From: Christensenellaceae bacterium
GTDB lineage: Bacteria > Bacillota > Clostridia > Christensenellales > Aristaeellaceae
DNA length: 64,000 nt
NCBI GenBank assembly: GCA_022510815.1
Contig: JAFLST010000011.1
Coordinates: 4,713 to 68,712 of the forward strand
Reading direction: 5' to 3'
Shown: piece after piece, positions 40,954 through 48,500 of the stretch
Position numbering within the stretch: the stretch's first letter is position 1
Layout: each line of letters begins with the position of its first letter
Notes under the pieces: model-generated
Databases searched by the model: none
Seen by the model: only the letters and a program-made list of their open reading frames with translations
What the model was told of the DNA's origin: nothing
Position numbers and translations under genes: made by a program

Positions 40954-41030
40954 ATAACATAATCTTCCGGAAGTGTTTGCCGCAATCGGCGGCGCCGCTA
41001 ACGGCTGATACGTCACAAAGGAGGAAAAGA

Positions 41031-41843
41031 ATGCCTTCCTTTATCTATGAAACCCACATGCACACGATGCCGTCGAGCGCATGTTCCAAATCGCGGGGCC
41101 GTGATTACGTGCCGCGGTATATCGACGCGGGATACGCCGGCATCATCATCACCGATCATTTCTGGCACGGCAACTGCGGCATCGACCGCTTGCTTCCATG
41201 GACGGAGTTTGTCCATCAGTTCTGCGCGGGATATGAGGACGCGCTGAACGAAGGGATCAAGCGCGGATTCCCGGTGTTTTTCGGCTGGGAGGAATCCTTT
41301 GAGGGCGACGATTATCTCGTCTACGGTCTGGACAAGCAGTGGCTATTGGACCATCCCGAGGTGACCGCCTGGGATCGGAAACGGCAGTATCAGGAGGTGC
41401 ACCGATACGGCGGCTGCGTCGTTCATGCCCACCCCTTCCGGGCGGCATCCTATATTCGCGATATCCATCTGTCCCCTTGGCTGGCGGACGCCATCGAAGG
41501 ATACAACGCAGGCAATCAGCAGCACTGGAATATTCTTGGTATGCGATACGCGCAGGTGCGCGGCCTACCCATCACCGCAGGCTCCGACAACCATTCCGCG
41601 GAATGGATGAATCCGTCCAATCTGGCTGGCGTGGCATTCGAGCATCCCCTGCGTTCGGTGGATGATTACGTCCGCGCCATCCGTGAGCAGCAGCCCATGA
41701 GGCCCTTCCTGCCCCAAGAGCTCCCGGCTTGGACCTCCGCGCTCGAGCCTGATCTGCCCGTTATCTGGCATGACCGGGAGGAAAAGCCCTTCAGGCAAAG
41801 CACCATGGAAGCGCTGCGCGGCGAGCTCCCGTGGCGGCGATAA
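41031..41843 (+). CDS. PHP-domain metal-dependent phosphoesterase
   Basis: ATG after AAAGGAGG. N-terminal YETHMHTMPSSACS (HxH) with later HAHPFR and SDNH motifs. Confidence 0.7.
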   Translation: MPSFIYETHMHTMPSSACSKSRGRDYVPRYIDAGYAGIIITDHFWHGNCGIDRLLPWTEFVHQFCAGYEDALNEGIKRGFPVFFGWEESFEGDDYLVYGLDKQWLLDHPEVTAWDRKRQYQEVHRYGGCVVHAHPFRAASYIRDIHLSPWLADAIEGYNAGNQQHWNILGMRYAQVRGLPITAGSDNHSAEWMNPSNLAGVAFEHPLRSVDDYVRAIREQQPMRPFLPQELPAWTSALEPDLPVIWHDREEKPFRQSTMEALRGELPWRR

Positions 41844-41883
41844 ACAGATGCAAAAATCAAGCATAGCATAGGCCGAGAGGTGC

Positions 41884-43215
41884 ATGGAGATGGAAACGGC
41901 AATCTTGAGCGTATTGGAAACGGCGACGATTGCGGTCAGTGGTTTTCTGGTCAAGAAGTATGTGTTCTTAGAGCCGGATATGGAGCCCAAAAAGCAGCGC
42001 GTCTTTTACGCCGTCAGCTTTATCCTGATCGCCTGCGTGTTTCTCGCCTTTGGCAAGGATGCGGCGGCGATGGCGATTCTGGCGCTCATTGGCTTGAACA
42101 TCTGCATAGTCTGCAAGGAGCATCGGCTGTGGGGGCTGCTCATGATGATTCCCTTTCTGGGCATCATCAACGGGCTGTTGATTCCCATCATGCTTGTGCC
42201 GCCGTATCTGCTCTCCCTGACTGAGCGGGGAGCGTTCATCTATCAGCTCGTGGTTTATGTGGTATTGGCCGCGCTGCTGGCATTGTTTTATGTGAAAGGT
42301 CAGCGCTGGCGCACATGGTTCCATGAGAACATGCGGCACAGGAGCCTGCGGAAGTCAGAGAAATATCTGCTCTGGATGGTCGGCATTCTGATGATGTTCT
42401 TCTCCACCTCGGGCGTCATGCAGATCGTGAGAGGCGCGCAGGCGACGGATGGCGGTTTGGGACACGAGATGGCGGCGTTTGTCGGCATCAGCAGCATGGC
42501 GGCGTTTATGATGACGATCATCATCATCGTGCTGATCATGCAGGGCAATCAGCGTTCTTTTTACCACGAGCAGGTCTCCCAGATGCAGTCCGGGATGATC
42601 TCGTTCATGGCCGAGGTCGTGGAGAACAGGGACGACAATACCGGTGGACACATCCGGCGAACAGCGGAATATGTGAAGGGCATCACCAAAGAGCTGAAAA
42701 AACAGGGCGCGTACAGCGATATCCTGACGGACAGGTATATGACGGATGTGGCGGTGGCGGCGCCGCTGCACGACATCGGCAAGATTCATATTCCGGATGC
42801 CATTCTCAACAAGCCGGGAAGGCTGACGGACGAAGAATTCGCGACGATGAAGACCCACACTACCGCGGGTGAGGAGCTGCTGAACCACGCCAAGGAGGAG
42901 CTGGGAACATCGGAGTATCTGAACATGGCGGTGGACATGGCGGCGTATCACCATGAGTGGTGGAATGGCAATGGCTATCCCTATGGCATCAGCGGGGAAG
43001 CGATCCCGCTTTGCGCGAGGATCATGGCGGTGGCGGACGTCTTCGACGCGCTGACATCCAAGCGTTGCTATAAGAGCGCCATGCCGCTTGAAAAGGCATA
43101 CGCGATCATCCGGGAGGAATCCGGTACGCATTTTGACCCGGCAGTCGTGGCCGCGTTTTTCGCGGCGGCGGAGGACATGATTCCGGCGGGAGAAACCGAA
43201 TCAGGTAATGGATGA
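41884..43215 (+). CDS. membrane-anchored HD-GYP domain protein
   Basis: About 210 aa of TM helices, then LHDIGKIHIPDAILNKPGRLT, HHEWWNGNGYPYG and VADVFDALTSKRCYK. Confidence 0.85.
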   Translation: MEMETAILSVLETATIAVSGFLVKKYVFLEPDMEPKKQRVFYAVSFILIACVFLAFGKDAAAMAILALIGLNICIVCKEHRLWGLLMMIPFLGIINGLLIPIMLVPPYLLSLTERGAFIYQLVVYVVLAALLALFYVKGQRWRTWFHENMRHRSLRKSEKYLLWMVGILMMFFSTSGVMQIVRGAQATDGGLGHEMAAFVGISSMAAFMMTIIIIVLIMQGNQRSFYHEQVSQMQSGMISFMAEVVENRDDNTGGHIRRTAEYVKGITKELKKQGAYSDILTDRYMTDVAVAAPLHDIGKIHIPDAILNKPGRLTDEEFATMKTHTTAGEELLNHAKEELGTSEYLNMAVDMAAYHHEWWNGNGYPYGISGEAIPLCARIMAVADVFDALTSKRCYKSAMPLEKAYAIIREESGTHFDPAVVAAFFAAAEDMIPAGETESGNG

Positions 43216-43260
43216 TATGGATCAGTATTATCATTGAACAAACTGTGAAGGAGGATAACC

Positions 43261-44010
43261 ATGGAGATCTTATCACAGCTCAACAGCGCGCCGGTCTACC
43301 TGATCTGCGGCGGCATCATCGCTTTCGTCGCGGTGATCTGCGTGATCTTTCTGGTGCGGGCATACCGGGCGGGCATTGCCATCGGCATGGATCGGACTAA
43401 AATGAAGCGGGCCATCACCTCGAGCGCCACGTTCTCTTTCCTGCCCAGCGTCGGCATCCTGCTGGGCGTCATCGCGCTGTCCGGCAGTCTGGGGACGCCT
43501 TGGCCTTGGCTGCGCCTTTCCGTCATCGGAGCGCTCCATTATGAGACGCAGGTGGCTCAGGCGGCAGGCGAACAGGTGGGCATGCAGACGCTCTCCGCCG
43601 CGGAGATGACGCCTTCCGCGTTTGCCACCATCGCGCTGCTGATGAGCCTGTGCATCATGTGGGGCATGGTGCTGTCGATCTTCTTCAACAAGCGCTACAC
43701 GAAAAAGCTCGGCGGCGGGAGCAAGACTGGCGGCGCGGGCTTTGGCGACATGGCCATGACAGCCATGTTCATCGGGCTGGTCTCCGCCTATATTGGCAGC
43801 TACATCGGCGGCTTCGTTTCCGGCGGCGGATCGTTTGCCTTTGCCGGGGACTGGATGCCGCTGGTCGTGGTCGCGGTTTCCTGCCTTGCCATGGCTGGAT
43901 TCGTGTACTTGGCGGAGAAAAAGGGGCACGCATGGCTGGACAGCTTCTCCATTGCCGGAAGCATGATCATCGGCATGGCGGCGGCGGTCATCGTGGGCGC
44001 TCTGGTGTAA
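43261..44010 (+). CDS. polytopic membrane protein (DUF5058-like)
   Basis: 249 aa with multiple TM spans and a GAAGGAGG RBS. The family name is from memory and was not verified. Confidence 0.5.
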   Translation: MEILSQLNSAPVYLICGGIIAFVAVICVIFLVRAYRAGIAIGMDRTKMKRAITSSATFSFLPSVGILLGVIALSGSLGTPWPWLRLSVIGALHYETQVAQAAGEQVGMQTLSAAEMTPSAFATIALLMSLCIMWGMVLSIFFNKRYTKKLGGGSKTGGAGFGDMAMTAMFIGLVSAYIGSYIGGFVSGGGSFAFAGDWMPLVVVAVSCLAMAGFVYLAEKKGHAWLDSFSIAGSMIIGMAAAVIVGALV

Positions 44011-44023
44011 AGGGGGAATCATC

Positions 44024-44707
44024 GTGAACGAAAAAGCCGTATCTGAAGCCTATAATAAGAAAACCCATGTCATCGGGCGGATTGTCACCGCTTTGACGCT
44101 CATCATGCTGCTGGCGGCTCCTTTCCTGATCGGCGGCGTCCTCGGGGCCATGCCGGATCTCTCCGCCGTGGGCAGGGCATTCCTCTCCGTCGGCCTTGTG
44201 TGGACAGTGAGCAGCGTGGTGGAATTCCTGATCTATACGCCCATGCTGGGCGCGGGCGGCGGATATCTCGCGTTCATCACCGGCAACCTCATCAACATGA
44301 AGATTCCCTGCGCGGTCAACGCCCGCGATATGGTAGGCGCAAAGACCGGCACGCCGGAAAACGAGATCATCTCGACCCTGTCGATTGCCACGTCGTCTCT
44401 GGTGACGATCCTCGTGCTGGCGGTGGGCGTGCTCCTGCTGGCGCCGCTGCAGCCTGTGCTGCAGTCTCCCGTCCTCCAGCCTGCCTTTGACAACGTGGTG
44501 CCCGCGCTGTTCGGTGCCATGGCCTACCGCTACTATCGCAGGAACATGAACATCGCTCTGACGCCTCTGGTGCTGATGAGCGTGCTGTTCATTCTCGTGC
44601 CCGGCCTGACCGGCTCCACCAGCTTCATGATCATCCCCTCCGGCGCGATCGCCATCGCCATTGCCTATGTGATTCACCTCAAGAAGACGAAGGAGGCCGC
44701 CCAGTGA
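44024..44707 (+). CDS. polytopic membrane protein
   Basis: 227 aa with a GTG start after AAGGGGGA. Tightly spaced between the DUF5058-like gene and the M20 gene. Confidence 0.5.
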   Translation: MNEKAVSEAYNKKTHVIGRIVTALTLIMLLAAPFLIGGVLGAMPDLSAVGRAFLSVGLVWTVSSVVEFLIYTPMLGAGGGYLAFITGNLINMKIPCAVNARDMVGAKTGTPENEIISTLSIATSSLVTILVLAVGVLLLAPLQPVLQSPVLQPAFDNVVPALFGAMAYRYYRRNMNIALTPLVLMSVLFILVPGLTGSTSFMIIPSGAIAIAIAYVIHLKKTKEAAQ

Positions 44708-46152
44708 TGACCGTGCTGTTGGTTCTGGCTGCAGCCGTGGGGCTGCTCCTGCTTCTTCTGTGCATTGCGGTCGTCAGAACGCTGCTGATGCCGACCAAGG
44801 AATCACGCTATCGCCCGCCCGTGGAGGACGACGCGCCCGCGGCCAAGCTGGCGGAAAAGCTGTCGGCCATGGTGCAGTGTGACACGACCTCCCATCCGGG
44901 TCAGGCGGAGCCGAAAAAGTTCCACGCGTTCCATCAGGTGCTCGAGGAGCTGTTCCCGCTGGTGCACAAGCATCTGGAAAAGACCGATATCGACGGCAAT
45001 CTCCTGTTCCGCTGGAAGGGCAGAAGCCAGGAGGACCCCATCCTGCTCATGAGCCATCAGGACGTCGTCCCGGCAGAGGGAAAGTGGAGCCACGCGCCAT
45101 TTTCCGGCGACATCGCGGACGGCAAGGTTTGGGGCCGCGGCACGGCGGACACCAAGGCGTCTTTGATGGCCTTCTTCCAAGCCGTCGAGGAGCTGCTGGC
45201 AGAGGGCTATGTGCCCGCGCAGGACGTGTATCTGGCCTCCTCCTGCACGGAAGAATGGAGCGGCGACGGCGCTCCGAAGATCGTGGCGGAGCTGAAGCGC
45301 CGGGGCGTCCGGCTGTTCCTCGTCTGCGATGAGGGCGGCGGCATTATCTCCGAGCCGATCGGCGGCATCCACGGCAACTTTGCCATGGTGGGCGTGTTTG
45401 AAAAGGGCAAGGCCAACGTGCGCTTCACAGCCCGCAGCACAGGCGGTCACGCCAGCACGCCCGTGAAAAACACCCCCGCTGCACGGGTAGCAGCGTTCAT
45501 TCACAGCATGGAGACCCGTTCGCCCTTTCAGAAAAAGCTGCTGCCGGAGGTCACGGCGATGTTCCAGCGGCTGGCTCCTTACGCGCCTTTCGGGATTCGG
45601 CTGGTCTTTGGGAACATCTGGCTGTTCGGCCCGCTGCTCAAGATTGTCCTGCCCATGATCAGCGCGCAGGCGGGGGCTATGCTCCAGACGACGACCGCCT
45701 TTACGGTGCTCTCCGGCTCCGAGGCTTACAACGTGCTGCCGCAGGAGGCCTGCGTCGGGGTGAACATGCGGTTCATTCCTCATCAGGGGGAGGCGGAGAG
45801 TCTGGCCCTCATCAAAAAGCGTGCCGAGCAATTCGGTCTGGAGACGGAAGTCCTGCTGTCCAACGATTACTCCATCCCGGTAGATATCCATGGCGAGGCG
45901 TTCCAGCAGGTGGAGCGGGTCGTCGCGGAGACCTTCCCCGGCCTTCCCGTCAGCCCCTACGTCATGACCGGGGCCACCGACGCCTATTTCTATCAGGAGG
46001 TCTGTCCCAGCTGCATCCGCTTCGCTCCGGTGGTCTATGGCCCCGAGCAGATGAAGGGCATGCACGGCATCGACGAGAACATCGAATGCAGCTGCCTGCC
46101 CGGTGCGGTTCGGTTCTATCAAAACCTCATCCGGGCACAGGAACAGCGGTAA
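44704..46152 (+). CDS. M20/M25/M40-family metallopeptidase with an N-terminal membrane anchor
   Basis: Motifs LLMSHQDVVPA and GRGTADTKAS. 482 aa. Confidence 0.8.
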   Translation: MMTVLLVLAAAVGLLLLLLCIAVVRTLLMPTKESRYRPPVEDDAPAAKLAEKLSAMVQCDTTSHPGQAEPKKFHAFHQVLEELFPLVHKHLEKTDIDGNLLFRWKGRSQEDPILLMSHQDVVPAEGKWSHAPFSGDIADGKVWGRGTADTKASLMAFFQAVEELLAEGYVPAQDVYLASSCTEEWSGDGAPKIVAELKRRGVRLFLVCDEGGGIISEPIGGIHGNFAMVGVFEKGKANVRFTARSTGGHASTPVKNTPAARVAAFIHSMETRSPFQKKLLPEVTAMFQRLAPYAPFGIRLVFGNIWLFGPLLKIVLPMISAQAGAMLQTTTAFTVLSGSEAYNVLPQEACVGVNMRFIPHQGEAESLALIKKRAEQFGLETEVLLSNDYSIPVDIHGEAFQQVERVVAETFPGLPVSPYVMTGATDAYFYQEVCPSCIRFAPVVYGPEQMKGMHGIDENIECSCLPGAVRFYQNLIRAQEQR

Positions 46153-46168
46153 GGCATATCACATGCAG

Positions 46169-46205
46169 CAAGGCGATTTCAAAGTGAAGTCGCCTTGTTT
46201 TCGTT
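46169..46205 (+). terminator. intrinsic terminator at the right end of the element
   Basis: caaggcga ... tcgccttg stem followed by ttttcgtt. Confidence 0.65.
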
Positions 46206-46237
46206 CAGGAAGGGCTTGTCCCACCAAAACCTTGTAC

Positions 46238-46660
46238 TTAGGCCATCGCACCATCTGCTGCCAGGTCCTCATGCAGATCGGTGATCGGGTCGCCCTTCAC
46301 GCCAATGAACGCGGCGGTATGCGGCGCGCCGGAAGCGGCCTGCGGGTACACGCCCTGCGTGTGATCGACATAATAGGTGTCAAAGCCAGCAGCCCTGACC
46401 TGCGCGTCGGTCAGATTGCGGGTAAGCTGATGCACCATCGCGCCGACGATTTCCAGATGTCCCAGCTCCTCGGTGCCGATATCGGTCAGCAGGCCCTTGA
46501 GCTCCGGGAAGGGCATGGCATAGCGCTGGCTGAGGTAGCGGATGGACGCGCTCAGCTCGCCGTCAGGGCCGCCGTACTGGCTGATGATAATGTTGGCCAT
46601 GCGCGGATTGGGCGTCGCGATGCGAACCGGGTATTGAAGCTGCTTTTCATAAACAAACAT
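46238..46660 (-). CDS. cotJC: 5' segment of the split spore-coat gene cotJC (Mn-catalase family)
   Basis: MFVYEKQLQYPVRIATPNPRMANIIISQYGGPDGELSASIRYLSQRY...TEELGHLEIVGAMVHQL...DLHEDLAA. After the repeat at 46254-46261 it reads 5 unrelated codons (DGAMA) and a stop. Confidence 0.88.
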   Translation of the reverse strand: MFVYEKQLQYPVRIATPNPRMANIIISQYGGPDGELSASIRYLSQRYAMPFPELKGLLTDIGTEELGHLEIVGAMVHQLTRNLTDAQVRAAGFDTYYVDHTQGVYPQAASGAPHTAAFIGVKGDPITDLHEDLAADGAMA

Positions 46661-46666
46661 GGTCGG

Positions 46667-47176
46667 TTACACCTCCGCTGTCGTCGTCCCCGCAGAGGAC
46701 GCGCCATACTCCCAAGGCCACGGATCATCCAGCCAAGTCCAGCGACCGGTCGCCGTCGAGGTGGCAAAGGTGCTGGCATAGTTCGGTTCGCCGGCCTGCG
46801 CCGCCATCTGCTGATAGAGCGCAAGGGCGATCGTATCCGTCGGATGGGTGTCCAGATAAAGCCGCATTTCCCACGCCGCAAAGGAATAAATCTGCTTCTG
46901 CGTGGGGCGGGCGGTAACGGGCGACGAGGTGCTGGTCAGGGGCTTGTTCAGTTCGGGATAGAGCGTACCCAGCGGCAGCGCCTGCGCAGGCTGAATGATC
47001 TGCGTGAGCACCTGCGGGACGACGGTCACCATCGCGTCGGTCTGCTCAGCCGTGGCAGCTTGAACCACAACGGGCGCAGCAGCCGCAGCCGGAACCGCGG
47101 AAGCCGCAGCCGGCAGAGAAGCCTCCTCAGCGGGCGTGCAGGGGACCGGGCAGGGCCAGTTCAGTACAAACGCCAT
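46667..47176 (-). CDS. CotJA-CotJB fusion protein
   Basis: A single ORF. The N-terminal part has AMVTVVPQ...ALPLGTLYPELNKPL (CotJA-like). The C-terminal part has FAAWEMRLYLDTHPTD...WTWLDDPWPWEY (CotJB). The start at MAFVLNW is tentative. Confidence 0.7.
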   Translation of the reverse strand: MAFVLNWPCPVPCTPAEEASLPAAASAVPAAAAAPVVVQAATAEQTDAMVTVVPQVLTQIIQPAQALPLGTLYPELNKPLTSTSSPVTARPTQKQIYSFAAWEMRLYLDTHPTDTIALALYQQMAAQAGEPNYASTFATSTATGRWTWLDDPWPWEYGASSAGTTTAEV

Positions 47177-47265
47177 AAAAATAACATCCTTCCTGAGTGA
47201 GAATAGCGGCATATTGACCGCCACTCCCATCCTATGCGGAAGGATGTTTTCTGTGTCGAATCGGA

Positions 47266-48372
47266 TCAGGCCTTGAGCCTTGCGAAGATCATGCGTCCCG
47301 CGCTGGTCTGCAGCGCGCTGGTGACGGTTGCCGCCACCACCTCTCCCAGATGGCGCTGGCCGCCCTCGACGACGATCATCGTCCCGTCCTCCAGATAGCC
47401 CACGCCCTGCCCGGGTTCCCTGCCCTCCTTGAGGATGGCCACGCTCATCTCCTCGCCCGGCAGCACCACGGGCCGCAGCGCCTTGGCCAGATCGTTGAGG
47501 TTCATCACGCCCACGCCGGAGATGCTCGCCGCCTTGTTCAGGTTGTAGTCGCCGGTCACAATGGCTCCGCCCATCTGCTGTGCCAGCCGCAGAAGCCGCA
47601 CGTCCGCTTCCGTCTCATCGCTCTCCCCGGTGTGCTCCACGCGCACAGTCACGCCCGGCTCCTCCTGCAGCTTCTGCAGGATATCCAGTCCGCGCCTGCC
47701 CCGGGTGCGACGGCCGCTGTCCGCCGAATCGGCAATGTGCCGCAGCTCATCCAGCACAAAATCCGGGACGATCAGTTCTCCCTCCATGAAGCCTGTCCTG
47801 CACACATCCAGAATGCGTCCGTCGATGATGACCGACGTGTCCAGCAGCTTCAGCCGGGCATGCGTCGCCGCTTTCCGGCTGGCCCTGCGCTCCCGGATGC
47901 CGGGGATACGGCCCAGAAGCTGCCCCATATCGTCGCTGCGCCGCAGACCAATGGACAGGCCCACCGCGCCCAGAAACACATACAGGATTGCCGAAAATGC
48001 CGTCGTGAACATCGACGCGCCCAAGAAACCAACCACCTGTGACACCAGCGCCGCGATCAGCAATCCGCAGACAAGCCCCAGTATCGACGAGGAGAGCTGC
48101 GCCATGGTCAGCTTGTCCAGCCGGTTCTCCAGCGTCGCGGCCCATTCGCTGCCCTTGGCAATGATCGCGCCGCTGAACAGGAAAAAGATCAGCGCGCCCA
48201 GTGCCGCCGCGCCCAGATAAAGCCCGATGATCCACTCAATCGGCAGAGCCTCTCCGGGCCGCGTCCAAGTATGCACCCGCACCACCGTCAGCGACAGCGC
48301 CATCCCGACCCCCGCGCCCGACAGTGCGATCAGCAGCCGCAGAAGCCGCTGCACCAGCTTTGATTTCATCAT
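47266..48372 (-). CDS. PIN/TRAM domain protein (YacL family)
   Basis: Start at MMKSKLVQRLL after AAGGAG. Four TM spans, PIN LLDTSVIIDGRILD and a C-terminal TRAM domain. Confidence 0.85.
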   Translation of the reverse strand: MMKSKLVQRLLRLLIALSGAGVGMALSLTVVRVHTWTRPGEALPIEWIIGLYLGAAALGALIFFLFSGAIIAKGSEWAATLENRLDKLTMAQLSSSILGLVCGLLIAALVSQVVGFLGASMFTTAFSAILYVFLGAVGLSIGLRRSDDMGQLLGRIPGIRERRASRKAATHARLKLLDTSVIIDGRILDVCRTGFMEGELIVPDFVLDELRHIADSADSGRRTRGRRGLDILQKLQEEPGVTVRVEHTGESDETEADVRLLRLAQQMGGAIVTGDYNLNKAASISGVGVMNLNDLAKALRPVVLPGEEMSVAILKEGREPGQGVGYLEDGTMIVVEGGQRHLGEVVAATVTSALQTSAGRMIFARLKA

Positions 48373-48388
48373 GACGATCTCCTTTTTT

Positions 48389-48451
48389 GCGAGAGGGACA
48401 GCTTTCAGGCTGAAAGCTCCCCTCTCGCGCTCTCCCCCGAAAGGCGGCGAC
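48389..48451 (+). repeat. structured intergenic repeat, copy 2
   Basis: gcgagagggacagctttcag/gctgaaagctcccctctcgc hairpin followed by ctctcccccgaaaggcggcgac. Same orientation as copy 1. Confidence 0.7.
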
Positions 48452-48500
48452 TTACCGCAACATAGTTTCTCTTTTCCGCATTGTGGTTTTGCGGCACCAA

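Larger units (their letters stand above)
35075..46261 (-). mobile_element. 11.2-kb intervening element inserted in cotJC, bounded by 8-bp direct repeats and carrying a large serine recombinase
   Basis: tctgctgc occurs at 35075-35082 and 46254-46261, which is 11,179 bp apart. The recombinase gene ends 23 bp from the left repeat. The element ends carry the imperfect inverted repeat taagaacaag (35090-35099) / cttgtactta (46231-46240). Confidence 0.8.

Noticed and set aside
35075-46261. Interpretation of the element as a prophage or ICE
   Set aside because: No capsid, portal, terminase, tail, lysis, relaxase or type IV secretion genes are recognisable. Only a recombinase plus cargo is present.
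46103-47200. 365-aa ORF on the + strand
   Set aside because: It is antisense to the cotJC 5' segment and the cotJA-B ORF and is a shadow ORF.
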